DNA of 64,000 nucleotides from Alloascoidea hylecoeti (taxonomy: Eukaryota). Positions 36,958 through 50,600 of the stretch are shown in pieces. How positions within the stretch are numbered: the stretch's first letter is position 1; every line of letters starts with the position of its first letter. The position numbers and the translations under genes were made by a program. The notes under the pieces are model-generated. The model did not search any database. It was not told the origin of the DNA and worked only from the letters and a program-made list of their open reading frames with translations. Where the stretch lies: contig BCKZ01000013.1 of the NCBI GenBank assembly GCA_001600815.1, positions 583,621 to 647,620 of the forward strand, in the 5' to 3' direction.

Positions 36958-38317
36958 TCATTTTCTGATGTTGGCAATAGTATTAGCTTTAACTCTGGCC
37001 ACAGCTGTGTGACCATCATCTCCATTACCCATATAATAAGCCACCTGTCCAGCAACAATAGCTGCAGACATTGAAGTCCCAGAATAAGCAACATGCTGGT
37101 TGTCATCTATAATTCAAAGTTAGAGAGCTAAAAAAACCAAATGGTATCTGTTTTGTTGGAACATACTTAGAGATAAACTTGTAACGTTAACACCGGAAGT
37201 GAATACATCAACACATGATCCATAGTTGCTGAAATGCGCAATTGTGTCATCATCGTCATCAATTGCCCCCACAGTGAGTGCTTCATAAGCAGAAGCTGGT
37301 GATCTTTTACAAGAGGCTACTCCTTTATTTCCAGCGGAGGTAATTATAGGTATTCCAGTTTCCACAAGAGCTTCAACAGCGTTATTCAAAATGGTATTAA
37401 TTCTCATATCTAGAGCAATAATAGCTGTGGAAGGTTTTCCTGTAATCTTTTGCGAATCTGATACATATTGCAAACCTCCAAGAATTTTTGATATAGAAGA
37501 TTTCCCATTTTTACCAGCAACTTTAACTTCAATAAGGTTTGCTTTCTTAGACACACCGAAGGTGGACGATCCGATTAGCCCAGCAACATGAGTGCCTGTG
37601 TATTAAATAGTTGGTATTAGTAATAAGTGGTTATAAGTTGAATTATGAGGGTATTGGTAAAACACACCATGACCGTTTTCATCTCCTTCTCCTTCTCCAG
37701 TAAAATCAGACCCAAATCTTGTTCTTGGAGCCAATTCGGGATGAGACAGTTTGATTCCTGTATCCAAGACATAAACATCAACTCCATTTCCAGAAGTACC
37801 ATCATACTCATACAAAAGTGGTGCTATACATTTATTAATGAGTTAGAAATTTGATTTCTGTTGAGTAATAAGAAAAACGCTTATATCTTTGGAAATATAC
37901 CTTGACCAGGGGGCAACTTGGAATCACTAGAAAGTTTGGCAAGATGACGAGGTGCATCTTTTTGAACATCTTGAATAGTCAAAACTCGGTCCTGAGAAAT
38001 TGATATAACCTGTAAAACATAATTTAGGCTATTATTAGAATAATAAATGGTATTAATTAGCAGATCTTTAAGAAATGGCATACAGATTTATCAGAAACTG
38101 CTGCTTTCAAAAGCTCTTGAGTGAACTCTCCATAAACTCCCAAAAAGTTCCCAAATTCATAGAAGGCTTCTATTTTCTCCAAAACGGGGTAGGAAGTTCT
38201 TTCATGCTGTTTAATAAAAGATTCCACCGATAAACCTGGCGCTAATTGGATCACATATTTATTCGCTGCCAACGAAAGGGTAGTGAAACAGAGCAGAGAA
38301 ATAGATTGTAATAACAT
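36958..38317 (-). CDS. Subtilisin-like (S8, proteinase K family) protease, Rrt12/Osw3-like; exons 38084-38317, 37901-38009, 37668-37823, 37167-37595, 36958-37106
   Basis: Four introns restore signal peptide, I9-type prodomain, QKDAPRHLAKLS, and the catalytic triad VLDTG / NGHGTHVAG / GTSMS plus oxyanion SAGN; 358 aa. Confidence 0.88.
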
Positions 38318-41300
38318 TATTAGAATAGATTCAAGTTTAAATTTAATAATTGAGAAGAATGTTATCACTGGTATGATAGTGAGAAGTTGGAAAGAAAATG
38401 AAAGAGACTTTGAAAATCAACTTTTATATTGTAGTTACAAGGAGGTATGGATTTATGCAGTTAGATTTAGACAGACTACATCAACAAATAACCTGCTGCC
38501 TACTAAAACAGTAAATATAGAGCAATGACATTAATTAAGAGTGTATCATTATTTACTAGACTGTTATAAGCTATTAGGCCATTAAGCTAAATCAATTAGC
38601 CAGATTGAAGGATTGGATTTATGCATTTCAATGTAATTATACCCTAGCTATAATTTATAGCTCATCGGAATGTCTACAGGGTATTCCATTCTACGACCTA
38701 AATAATATAAACCTATACTGAAATTTAACATACAATCCCATTTTAGAAGATCTTGCTATCCTCAAGGGTGTGAAACGAGACTTGAATCTCAAACAGTTTC
38801 CAATTAATTGATTAGTTAGATTATGTGACGAAGAAGAATATAATAATCTTATTAAAGTTTATGGCTTTTCTCGATTTGAGTAGATGTCTTTAATTTATTT
38901 GTTAATCCTGGAACACATGCCATCGCTCATGTTTGGTGAACCAGGTACAAATATCCAAGCCCGGGAAAAATGTAATGACCTGCCATACAGCTATTAACAA
39001 TTTAACATTTGACTTGATCAAATGCGTGTGCAAGCTTCTAATAGAAATGTGTAGCTAAAGAGAGACAAAACTGGTACATTTCCAGACTATTAAGATCTGT
39101 GACTCTAAGATTTTGTTATTTCAATAAATTAATATTCACTAATTATATATAACAATATAGTACCCCTGTTTTTCTTCGAGAATGTGAGATGTGATTACAA
39201 TTGTAGCTTCTCCGCAAAAGCACTATTAATATTGCACTTAAGCCTGAGGTCACCAGCACAATGCCAATTAGAAACTCAAAGAAACCAACGGAATTCTTGC
39301 AATTAGTATTGGATTTTATATAGTTTACACAATATTTAGATAAATAACTCCAAATTTGGGATCTAGCTGTAGCTATAGCCACAGCGCTAGGCTATTAGCC
39401 ATTGTCTATGCCAGTTAATGTTCTAATTTACTACCGGTACCTCCAGCTAATTAAAGATGTAAATCAAATTTGAACAAAATATTTGAAATTTACTATTATT
39501 ATCTAAAGAAGCTAAGAGCTTACTATATAGTAAAAGAATGAGTATAAAATTATATATTCAAAATTCTGTGGTAAATTGTTTGCCATAATAATATCAAACA
39601 ATAGATAGTTGTTTTAATAACAACAGTTCAACGACCAAGTTAATGAATTTCTAGAGTAGGGTATTGATTTCTACTAATATATTTATATTTATTACAAGTA
39701 AACTGTAACACCATCTATTAATAAATGTGTCCCCATATAACTTCCGAAATAAATGTTAGTGGTGAAAGATTATAATGATATATAATCGCTTACAACTACA
39801 TAATATGTGTTATATTTCTGCAATACTAAAATAGGACATATAGATAGTAAACATGGCGATTTATTATATAGAATTAGGCTTTATAGTACGAGAGAATTTC
39901 CAAGCCCGTTTTAGATCGTGGCACAAAGTTTAAGACACGGTAACTATGGATCGCTCATATTCATATGTATATGATATAACGTTAATGCATTTTTATGGGT
40001 GTATTAGCTAGTTAAAAGAACTGTATGATGTTATCAATGTTAAGCTTATACCTAGTAAATGTATAATAGTAAACTTAATTAGTGATCAGTGAGAAATTTA
40101 AGTTTTGTACATATTTAAATTTTGAATAGGGATGGAAAAACTAAATAAAGTGTCAAATATATAATGAATAATGTCAATTTCAAGATCATTTCTGTTCTTT
40201 TTGAACCTCATTGCCATATTATAATCCCTAGAATTGCAGTTGAGTTTCTGCAATATCAAAATTTTCGAGAATAGAGTTATAATATGCCTCTTTGGTCCTC
40301 TTTCTTGTCTGTTTTTAAATTCAATTAGATTGAATCACCAAAGAGGATGTACATCCAGAATATAATCACGCTGAGATGATTTCTACACTTGATGTCAAGT
40401 TGATGATCGTAATCGAAACTTACTTAAAGTATTGTGATATATGTGTATAATTACATAAGTAAAGATGTAATTACTTCTTAATGGATGTATGGTTCTGTTG
40501 ATATTTAACCAATCTTATCGATTCAGGATATTGAAGATATTTATCAAATGAATAGTCTTAATTACAATGATATCATTACAAATATATGCTTGAGAAGCCA
40601 AGTTGGGATACAGATCCTTTAAATATGTAAACTGATTAAATAATTGAACTCATTACGTACCTCATTGGAATTCTTAAATTCATCTGCAGTTATGTTTAGC
40701 TATAGTGAAATTAAATCAAATTTTACTCCTTATTTTTTGAATTCAATTTTTTGAATTTCAAACTATATTGATATTGATGTTGTTATCGCAAGATTATCCA
40801 TTGAGTGGATTTGAGGCTATAGCATATAGCCCCTGTGGATGAAATTTGATTCAATTAGTTAATAATTCTGACTTTAAATTTGATTGAGTTTAACAGAGAG
40901 TTATAGTTTGATGGCTAATTTCGACCATACTTTTACTATAAAATAATGTATAAAAAAAAAACCATTATAAAAAGCGCAGTATAGTGAGATTTTACGTTGA
41001 CAGCAAGGTAGTTTATAATTATAAATAGTTAAACTTAAACTAATGTAAACATTAAATGTTTATCCTACAGCTAATAACTATTAATTTAACTAATGTAATC
41101 TTCGGAGGATATATAGATATATTCACCATGAATTGTTGAGTGCCCAGAGGAATATTAATACATTCAGAAGTAATGGGGATATTGTTTCCCAGTTTGAACT
41201 ACAGATCTAAGATTTAGATTTGATCATCACTATATATGCAATGTTATGTAAGGGATCGAGCTTGCAGTGGTAGATTCACGGCTTCTCATGGATTCACGGT

Positions 41301-41614
41301 CGGTAACCACGACAACTTGAGTAAACGCGAGAAATGCAACATGAACAAACAGCCCAAACAAGTAATTTAGGATCTATGCATCGTAGCTTAGATCTTAAAA
41401 TCTCTTTCCTATTTTGATTGATCACCAAACAGGAAACTTCCTAGTCCGTGAAATATAAGATATATATCCAACCATTAAAGAGTTCCATTTCTGTCCCATT
41501 TTTCTTCGACTTCCAGAATTATTTGTCTTTTCCATTCTTTCTTTCTTTCTTTTGGGGTTCTCACTATCGTTCACTATTTTATAATAAACACTCTCTAAGT
41601 TACTAAGCTTCTAA

Positions 41615-43141
41615 ATGTTTCCAGTTACCCAAAACAAAAATCTGATTTTCGATACAACATTGTGGCTGAATCCAATGGGCCCTCCAATCCCTCTCAAGTC
41701 AAAAGCATATCCTTCCATCCTGGATAAACACGAAAAAGAAGCTGCAAATATTGTAATAGATGAATATCAAGAAGAGATTGTATCACATTTATCATCAATG
41801 GAACATCTTTCTAACATTGATATCTATTTAATTGACATGCAGCCAGAAATACAATGGCACATGAGGCCATATCTTTTGGACTTTCTTATCGAGTCCCATC
41901 TGTCATTTAGACTAAAATCAAAAACTTTATTCCTTGCCTGTAATATTATTGATAGATATTGTGCAAAGAGAGTGGTTTTCAAACGCCATTATCAACTTGT
42001 TGGATGTACTGCATTATGGATAGCTTCAAAATATGAAGACAAAAAATCTTTAGTACCAACATTGCATGAGTTGGAAACGATGTGCCGCGATGCTTATAAC
42101 GAGGAAATGTTTATTCAAATGGAGTCTCATATCTTAACAACCCTAGACTGGGTGATGAACCCACCAACTATTGATGATTTTTTACAATTTTCAATTTCAT
42201 CAACCGAATGCCCGGAATTATCTCCAGATTTTACAAACATTGATAGACAAAATTGTCCTTTGATCTCTCAGATTTCTCCCAATAAAACTGTTTATGCAAT
42301 TACTGCCATAGCGAGATACTTCTGCGAAGTATCCCTCTACCATAGATCTTTTCTTACCTTCTCTGCTTCAACCATTGCTATAGCTTCACATATCCTAACA
42401 AGCCAAATTTTAATGCTATCAACTAAACCTAAAACAACAATACCTGGAATGAAAGAGAATCCAGATTCTGAAGCACAAATAGCAAAGTGTATCTCGTTGC
42501 TGTTAAAACTAGCCCCTACTTCTTCTCCATATCTCCAGTCTAAATATACTGATATTGGTGTTATAACAATTGTCAAGAACTTTTTCACAACCTGTACCAC
42601 ATCTTTTACTGGTTCCTCTTTTAATGTTATAACGCAAAAGACACCTAATGGAAAACCGTTGAACAATTCTTCAGCATTGAGCATTGATTTTAAAACACAT
42701 ACCAAGACAATTGAATATAATCCCGGAACTCAACACCAATATTCGCTCCCCACCCCTGTAACACCTCCACACTCAGAGAGATCAAGCTCCTTTTCATTTT
42801 CATCTAAAAGTAGTCTGGTTCTCACTCCACAATACGCTGACTCCCCTTCTTCTTCTATCGGTAGCCCCGTTCAAACTTCCGCGCCTAAAAGATGCAAATT
42901 GAACTCATATTCCAAGTATAGAAACTCCTCTGTTACTTCCTTAAACCTAAAGATTAAACCACTGAACAGGAGGTATTCACAAATTTCAGATAATAGTTAT
43001 TACACTACTGAACTCAAAAATGTTAACACTAATTTTAAAAATGATCAGGAAAATATTAATATGAAGAGTAAAAATCCAAGGACCAGTTATCAGAGATTTT
43101 CATTATCTTTGTCAAGAGATGAAAATGTCAATTGCAATTAA
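41615..43141 (+). CDS. G1 cyclin (Cln/Ccn1 type) with PEST-rich C-terminus
   Basis: QPEIQWHMRPYLLDFLIESH, IDRYCAKRVVFKRHYQLVGCTALWIASKYED and FIQMESHILTTLDW; multiple S/TP sites in the tail. Confidence 0.92.
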   Translation: MFPVTQNKNLIFDTTLWLNPMGPPIPLKSKAYPSILDKHEKEAANIVIDEYQEEIVSHLSSMEHLSNIDIYLIDMQPEIQWHMRPYLLDFLIESHLSFRLKSKTLFLACNIIDRYCAKRVVFKRHYQLVGCTALWIASKYEDKKSLVPTLHELETMCRDAYNEEMFIQMESHILTTLDWVMNPPTIDDFLQFSISSTECPELSPDFTNIDRQNCPLISQISPNKTVYAITAIARYFCEVSLYHRSFLTFSASTIAIASHILTSQILMLSTKPKTTIPGMKENPDSEAQIAKCISLLLKLAPTSSPYLQSKYTDIGVITIVKNFFTTCTTSFTGSSFNVITQKTPNGKPLNNSSALSIDFKTHTKTIEYNPGTQHQYSLPTPVTPPHSERSSSFSFSSKSSLVLTPQYADSPSSSIGSPVQTSAPKRCKLNSYSKYRNSSVTSLNLKIKPLNRRYSQISDNSYYTTELKNVNTNFKNDQENINMKSKNPRTSYQRFSLSLSRDENVNCN

Positions 43142-43581
43142 TATCTACGTATATGTACGTTTGTAATATTTATGATGCTCTCACTGGCCATGGGTAAATG
43201 GCATCTTCCTCAATTGGTGAAAATATCATGATCATTCATTATCATGAAATATACAATACCTACTATATCTATACGCGCAAGTATGGTTAATCAATTATTT
43301 TTCTTTGGCGTTTGTTTATGAATATCTTGTTTATCATTATTTTTTTATTGGATTGGATTAAAATGTTTGTTTTCAATTTAAATTTGTAGTATACTGAAAC
43401 AGCAGTAAATCATGGACTGACAAGTTATTGTCTCTATGATTTTTCATAACTTGAAACTGTTTAATCTATTTATTTTGTGATAATTCATGCTTTTTTCTAA
43501 TCTTTAAATTTATCTTTTATAACTTATGTATAACTCATTTCGATAGTATAATCCTGCTGGTCAAATTATATACCCACATTT

Positions 43582-43619
43582 AAATATGTACCTTATATAT
43601 AAATATGTACCTTATATAT
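43582..43619. repeat. Perfect 19-bp tandem duplication
   Basis: AAATATGTACCTTATATAT twice in succession. Confidence 0.9.
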
Positions 43620-44175
43620 AAATAAATTACTAATTTATAATTAAACACTTGGAGTTATACCGGTACTGGTAGTATCGATATCACTAATCACTTCACTCCA
43701 TATGTGTATTGTAGTAACTAGTATACGAGTGCTTGTCATATCAGCATAAAGTAGGAAAAAGGAACTAAGTATTGATTCCATGTATTTTTCATTTGTTTAT
43801 TTATCTGAATACATCTTCAGAATTGTTACTCATAGTTGGAGGCAGTTGGTTGAGTTAGTTTCAACAAGGGGTGTTGAGAAAAGTTCAAAGGTTTAGAAGT
43901 CAAAGTTATACCGGTAAAGCTATAATATTGAACCTTTGATCGTGGTGAGACCCTTGGAAAGTTATACTTTGAATTTACGAACTCTAGCCACTTTTCCTGA
44001 TATAAATCTTACAGTTTTTTCACCTAGGTATTTTGGAAACTAATATAATACTTAAAAATTATGATCTACTTTTACTGTATATGAACCAAATAACAAATAA
44101 ACTGAAACTGTAATAAGAATTGACGAAAAATGCCGATGCAAATAAAACAAACTATCTTATGCTTTTTAGAAAAAA

Positions 44176-47046
44176 TTATTCACTGGCTTCTGGAGTTGGG
44201 TAAGATTTAAAAGTGGTTGGAGTAATAGAGTCAAGCTTTTCCGTATCAGGAATATTATTTGTTGTGTTATTATTAAGAATATTTTGCTGATCATTTGAAT
44301 ATATTGATCTCTTTCTTTTGATGGGAATTGTAGAATCTAAAATTTGTTTCATCGGCGACAATGTCTTTGACTTAATACCTAAGTTAGAATAGTAACTTGA
44401 ATCGCTATCAGAGTCACTACTATCTGATGAAAATGGTGGCTCTGGTGTTCCGGTATTCACAATTGATTCTTCAAGACTTCCCTTTACATCATTTTTAGGC
44501 GAAGAAAAAGAAGAATGTTCAAACACTGACGATGATATGAGTTCATCCTCCACCTCAGGTTCTGGCGATTGTTCGAATTCCCCTGAAGCAGAACTAGAGT
44601 TGAGATATAACGGCGATGAAATTCCGTCACTTATTTTCTCGTATTCTTCAATTATTGGTGAGATAGGTTGCATCCTCTTCATCCCTCCTCTTATATTTGT
44701 TGGAGTCTTCTGATTTATTGGTTCAGTAGGAGAACGAATATCACCACCGTCAACAGTAAATCTATGGAAGCGTCGCCTCGGTCCCCATGAGGACTTCAGT
44801 CTACCACCAATTCGTCTCAATGGAGTATTGTCACTACTGTATACACCCGTACCATCAACCTCATAATCACTAACAACACCAGTACTTCTAGTTAAGAAGA
44901 CGGCTAACAACGTTGCAATCAGTAAGCCTGATTGTAATATAGATAGTCGCCACTGAAATGCCAGTTCTTCTGATAATTGAGAGACTCGTGATGCAGTGGC
45001 ATAAATATTCTGTTGGTTTATTAACTCGTCCTGTGTTAATTTGGTTAATAGCTCTGATCTTAAAACTTCATTTTGCCTTTGTATAGCCAGCATTTTCTCA
45101 ACTATTTTTTGATTTAAATTTTCCATATATGTATTGATTTTCTCTGTTTGGTGCTTTTCTAAGCTGTTGAAAGCATTTGAGAGTAATCGGTTTTGCTCTT
45201 CAACATATAAAAGCGATAATGTTGCATTTGATTCTAGTAATGTCAGTCTCTTCATAATATTCTGGTATATCGACTCAACATGTGCACCCCCATTAGAGGA
45301 TGGTAATATAGTCGTTGAATGATCATTTATATAGTTGTCTTTTTTAACCGGCGATGTAGCTTCACAGCTCTCTTCTTGTACCTGATTTAGGAGTGTCGAA
45401 ACATCAAGTAGTCCCAGACGCGGAGGACATTCACCTTCAAAATCTATATCATCCACCGAATCATTAACAATATTATCTGTAAACGTGTCATTAATATTAT
45501 CCTGGCGTGTTACTGGATTATCATCAGTATTTGATACATCCTCTGTTCTTGTCGACTTCTCAATATTTTCGTCCAATTCCGTAGCTTCTTCTTCTTTAAA
45601 CTTTTCCATCATTGTTATGCCATGGACCCTAAGTACTGATAAAGGACAATAAAATTCATTGCCAAAATGTTCCAATATCTCGATTCGAATATATCTTGCC
45701 CATACTTTTGGATTACTGATCATGAATGATTGTAAGTCTCGGATATTAGGAGCCTCAAACTCCCCAAGAACTTTCCATCCGTTCATTGGTACAGGATATT
45801 TTTCAGAAACCGATATCCGTAGTTTTTTAAACATAGAAGAGAAGAATTCGAAGTTTCCTAAAACAACCGTCTTTACCAAAATATCCTGACATAACTCGAC
45901 AATAACGAATTGATTAGGAGCATTACACTCATTAAGCATGTAACTATCTTTATTCTCCTTCAAAATAGCAGACGCTCCTTTGGCTTCTTGATTCGTCTTT
46001 AGTATAGTCGCAGCACAATCAAAAGAAGCATAGTTAAATTGTTCAGAATAAGTTTTACCTTCCAGAGTTGAATCCTGGGATTTCTCCTCTTTAGTATCTT
46101 TAATGGTAGATTCTACTGCGTCTTTTCCAAATGAAAAGAAGCTTAAATCTATTTCGTCATCCCCTAAAGTATATCTATCATCCGTTTTAACCTTCTGTGG
46201 TCTCTTATAGCCGGTATTTTGCTTCTTTAAAAGATCAGTTTGGCCTATACTCTTTAACTTTTCTTTTTTCCAATCCTCAAAGGAAAGAAATTTTGTATCG
46301 AGTATGTCTTCAACACTGCTGTTCATTAAACTTCCAGTCTTATTTGTGGAGTTATAGAATAATGAATCGTTTAATGAGTTTGGATTATTCTGATTTGACA
46401 AGCTGGCTTGTGGATGAACATAGGATGATGTTAATTGCTCATTATTGTTTGAGGGTACTGTACTCTTTGAGGTTACTGTATGTTTTGTATTTTGTAAATT
46501 GGACGTCGATTTATTTGTCTTTTTGGCAATATAAGTGCTGAATACCTTCGATTTCGATTTCAGCGTGGTTAATGAGGGCGATGGAGCGTAGAACGGTATA
46601 AGTCTTTTCTCTATTTCACAAATCCCATTAACATAAGCCTCGTTTTTTGTCTTGCAAAAGTTATTACTGCCCTTTTTCGGCGGGATGATTATAGTCTTTT
46701 TGATCTGCTGAGTATCACTTGAACTTTCAATTATCCGTTGTTTTTGTAATGTCTCTTTTTCACTTTCTTGATGAATTTCAGGCCTTTCTTCATCTACTAC
46801 TTTTGAAATATAGACAGGCAGATCTAAATTTATGGTATTTGTTTGCTCAAGACCTATGCTTGTGGTAGAAGCTATCGATGTCATTTCAACTGTTGGGCCC
46901 ACCGTTTCAGAAACAAGTCTACTACTCTCAACGGATGCTACCGTGAGAGACGGAAGATAACATAACGATATAAAAATATAGATGGAATAGCCTATTGATA
47001 CCGAAAGGTCCCGGTATTTCGGGTGATGACGATGGAACCGCCCCAT
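44176..47046 (-). CDS. SLP1: ER mid-SUN-domain membrane protein Slp1/SUCO
   Basis: FLSFEDWKK, FNYASFDCAATILKTN, KDSYMLNEC, IEILEHFGNEFYCPLSVLRVHG and ESIYQNIMKRLTLLESNATLSLLYVEEQ; first ATG at 47046. Confidence 0.9.
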   Translation of the reverse strand: MGRFHRHHPKYRDLSVSIGYSIYIFISLCYLPSLTVASVESSRLVSETVGPTVEMTSIASTTSIGLEQTNTINLDLPVYISKVVDEERPEIHQESEKETLQKQRIIESSSDTQQIKKTIIIPPKKGSNNFCKTKNEAYVNGICEIEKRLIPFYAPSPSLTTLKSKSKVFSTYIAKKTNKSTSNLQNTKHTVTSKSTVPSNNNEQLTSSYVHPQASLSNQNNPNSLNDSLFYNSTNKTGSLMNSSVEDILDTKFLSFEDWKKEKLKSIGQTDLLKKQNTGYKRPQKVKTDDRYTLGDDEIDLSFFSFGKDAVESTIKDTKEEKSQDSTLEGKTYSEQFNYASFDCAATILKTNQEAKGASAILKENKDSYMLNECNAPNQFVIVELCQDILVKTVVLGNFEFFSSMFKKLRISVSEKYPVPMNGWKVLGEFEAPNIRDLQSFMISNPKVWARYIRIEILEHFGNEFYCPLSVLRVHGITMMEKFKEEEATELDENIEKSTRTEDVSNTDDNPVTRQDNINDTFTDNIVNDSVDDIDFEGECPPRLGLLDVSTLLNQVQEESCEATSPVKKDNYINDHSTTILPSSNGGAHVESIYQNIMKRLTLLESNATLSLLYVEEQNRLLSNAFNSLEKHQTEKINTYMENLNQKIVEKMLAIQRQNEVLRSELLTKLTQDELINQQNIYATASRVSQLSEELAFQWRLSILQSGLLIATLLAVFLTRSTGVVSDYEVDGTGVYSSDNTPLRRIGGRLKSSWGPRRRFHRFTVDGGDIRSPTEPINQKTPTNIRGGMKRMQPISPIIEEYEKISDGISSPLYLNSSSASGEFEQSPEPEVEDELISSSVFEHSSFSSPKNDVKGSLEESIVNTGTPEPPFSSDSSDSDSDSSYYSNLGIKSKTLSPMKQILDSTIPIKRKRSIYSNDQQNILNNNTTNNIPDTEKLDSITPTTFKSYPTPEASE

Positions 47047-47310
47047 CTTTCGAAGTGGGAAAATCTGTGGATTAATTAGTGTGTTAAAACGCAACCTTGT
47101 TGGCGATGTCTATTTAATGTGTAACAAATTGCAACTCCGCTACTATCTCTATTACTACATACAACTTTCATAACTCAACCGCTTTTTCTTTAAAATCCCA
47201 AAATAATACATTATGAGATTCTAGTAATTTCAATAACATTAAGATCTGCAATATAATTGAAATTTCTCGCTTTTATGGAGCATATCTAGTCGGGTACGTT
47301 GATTTAAGAA

Positions 47311-47322
47311 AATATCACGTGA
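47311..47322. promoter_or_regulatory. Cbf1/bHLH E-box upstream of SLP1
   Basis: AATATCACGTGA; the identical 12-mer occurs upstream of LIN1 at 63079-63090. Confidence 0.4.
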
Positions 47323-47611
47323 TGCTAAAATTAACTACTAAACTTGTTAAAATCCCCCAAAAATCATTTCCTTGAGTCAGAATCGACGAAATAAAAAGTG
47401 AGACGTTAACAAGAAATACGAACTGTCATCTTGAGAATGAGAGCATAATAAAAGGGTAGAGCTCGTGAAAACAAAGAAAGAAGCTTAAGAGAAACATCAC
47501 ATAGCATTTTTGATTAAATTCACTACGGTAATTAGATTTATTAATTTAAATGGAAAATTTTAAAAACAGTAATTTTAGTAAAAATACACTAATAATATTA
47601 TTTAAGAACAG

Positions 47612-50600
47612 TCAAGAATGGTTATTAAACTTCAACTTTAGCTTTAGTTTTTGTTTCTTTGGTGGTGGGACTGATGGTGGAACTGGTGATTGTGATTTAG
47701 TATGAGGGCGGAAAGAATTTGGCAATTCTTCTTTATATCTTTCATAATGATTGTGAGAATCTCTCATCGGTGGTGGTGTTGGGGTGTATCCAACCCTATT
47801 AGATGGTTTTATTGACAATTTTTGTGTGGGTGTATGATTATTGTGAGAAGGTGTCATTGACCTAGGAGATATAGAAATTGATGGCTTTTTCTTTTCCATT
47901 ATATTTCCATTTGTAGAAGTACGCATCTTTTTTGAAGCATGTTTGATAAGATGTGGTTGATCTCCGAGAATTGTAACCTTTTTCTTTTTTAGAGATATTT
48001 TGACAAAATAGCTTAATGGAGTGTTTCTCCTTTTGGGCATCTTCGGTTTTTTAGATGTATTATTAAACGAAAAATTTCTTTCTAAAACAGGGGTTCCCAA
48101 TTTGATCTTTGGAGTCTTCTCTATTTTGATTGGTTTCACATTAAGTGTCGATAAGGATATAGATTGTTTAGTTGATGATTTTGTTACCGATTTTATGATC
48201 GAGTTTGAAATAGGGGTAAGCGGTTTAGAAATAGATAACCTATTCTTGGGAGGTGCAATTAATTGAATTTTTAATCTTCCCTCTCTTTTAATAACAACAT
48301 GCCCTGTACCGAGATGCTTGGCCACAAGCTTTTTGGATCTTGGTGTTGGTAGTGTGATAAAAAATTTATCTATTGGAATAAATAATAAGTCGCACACATC
48401 CAAGATTTTTCGTTTTTGCTTGACATCAAATAATGGAGACTGCAACACATTCCAAAACTGTGTTTGTAGAGATTTATTTCCTGCAAACTCCCGTCGTAAT
48501 ATGCTAATACAACCATCTAAAGTTGTACGTGCTAGCTCATCCCTTCTGGCATTAATCTGACTCGAACCTGCTTCTTCAATAACTATAAAGCCATTATCGG
48601 CGCTGTTATACCCTGAAGATGGTCTTACGATCTGAGGTCCATATAATGCGAAAGAACCAATACCCTTCAAAATTTCAGCGATTATTCGTTCTCGTATTAA
48701 TTGTGATCCTTCCATAATACAACACAACAATGAGTAATGCAATATCGTCTCATTCATCCAACCTCCAAGAGCAAAAATACATTTAAACGCTGTGGTTCTA
48801 ACCCTATTAGGATAATTTGGTTTAGTATATTGAACCAATTCATAAAACGGTAGATCGGCTATTCCTTGGAATGCAAGAGTACACCTATGTTTCAGTGACT
48901 CAACCGTAACTGTATTCATATAAGAGGGTATCCATTCATCCATTTTTTGATACCGCAAAATCTCAGAAATGGCTCTTTCTTTAAACTCAATATCAGATTC
49001 AGATAATGCTTCTTGTGGATCACCTTTTTCCATTGATACTGTAACTGAACGAATCAGCTTGCTGGTATAACTCCCATCAGAAAATTCATTACTTGAGTTG
49101 TCATTATAACGAAGCAAATCCAATAGAAAGTTTTTAATTTCTAAAGAACAATTACCTGAAGAATCTCGAATCGATGCTAAAGCACCAGGTATGGCAACTT
49201 GGACGAAAAATTTAGGAAAATCAGAGAAATCATTAGGTAATGGAATTGTGGAATTTTTAAAGCAAAACATTTCCTGATAAGCTTTCAATAAATGTTTCAT
49301 TCCGATTGATCCTAATTCAGCTTTAGCTAATCGTGATAATGCAACTGCAGCTTCTACCCTGATGCCATAAAAATAACGATCATCCACCAAAGTTCGAACC
49401 AAAATAGTAGAGTATAGTCTAGATTGTGGTTCATGACTTTCGAAATATCTTACAGAATCAAATTGTGCTTCAACATCTCTATCTTGTTGTAACTGAGAAG
49501 CAAACATATAATCAGGTTGCTGTAAATGAACTTCACAAATCCATTCGAAATCAGCATCCACTCGAATCCATTCAAAAGCTTCATTAGTCATTTTATCTTC
49601 TTCATCTTTTGTCCAATCTACTAGACCCCATTCTTCAACTTCTTGATCCGATTGTAATACATCACCTAAACAATGTAATAAAACCCCATCGTTATCATCG
49701 CCATTTTCCTGTCGTTCTTTCTGTCTTTGATTTCTCTTTAATCTCTTATACTTCGTATTATATTGGATGTCCAGTTTCGTAAAACCTTCTTTTAAATCAA
49801 CGATATGTTCATATGGTGTACCATCAGCCTCATGTATTCGGATTGTCATAGGCCCAGTAAAAACAGGTTGTATAGGGGGTAATTCAACGCCCGATAAGTG
49901 CTGTTTGGCATCATTAACAAACAATTCTCTTTTTATAACTGGCATTTTTCTCTCTGATACTTGCATTTGTCTTATACCCATTTCAACAAACATACGCTTT
50001 TTGTTGAAACGCTGGGTTATTCTAAATATCGGATAACCAGACCCATAAACCCATTGTTGGAAAAAATATTCAAGTTTATTATAATTGACTCTTTCACAAA
50101 CATGTAAGAAATGTGAAGTACTAAGACAACTATTACTGAGATCGCCACTCATAGTTTGTAATAAAATTTTGGGTATGACGCGTAATAAGCCAAATGATTT
50201 ATCGGTTTTTGTCATTCTTCGATCAAGAATAAACAGTACTACTGGCGACTTGAGTTTAATAAATTCTAAATCTTCATCGGAAATCGGAAAATTAAAATTA
50301 GGATTACCAATTGGTGGTTTCCCTATATCTTGTTGTAAAATCTCTCTCGACGCTCTTTTCATTTGATATTTAAATTGATTATTACCAAACAATCTTCGAG
50401 AAAATTGCCCAGCCATAAAAGAACTAATTCCCATTGTAAGCCACATATCATTCCAATTTTTTGGAACCATATTCACACCACTCCATTGAGATGCCAGAGC
50501 TATACTCAAATCTTCAGTTGACTTTAAAATAGGTTCTATCATATCAGGTGTGTATAATAGTTCATTGCTGAATATTGATAAACCAGCAAAATTGGCAACT

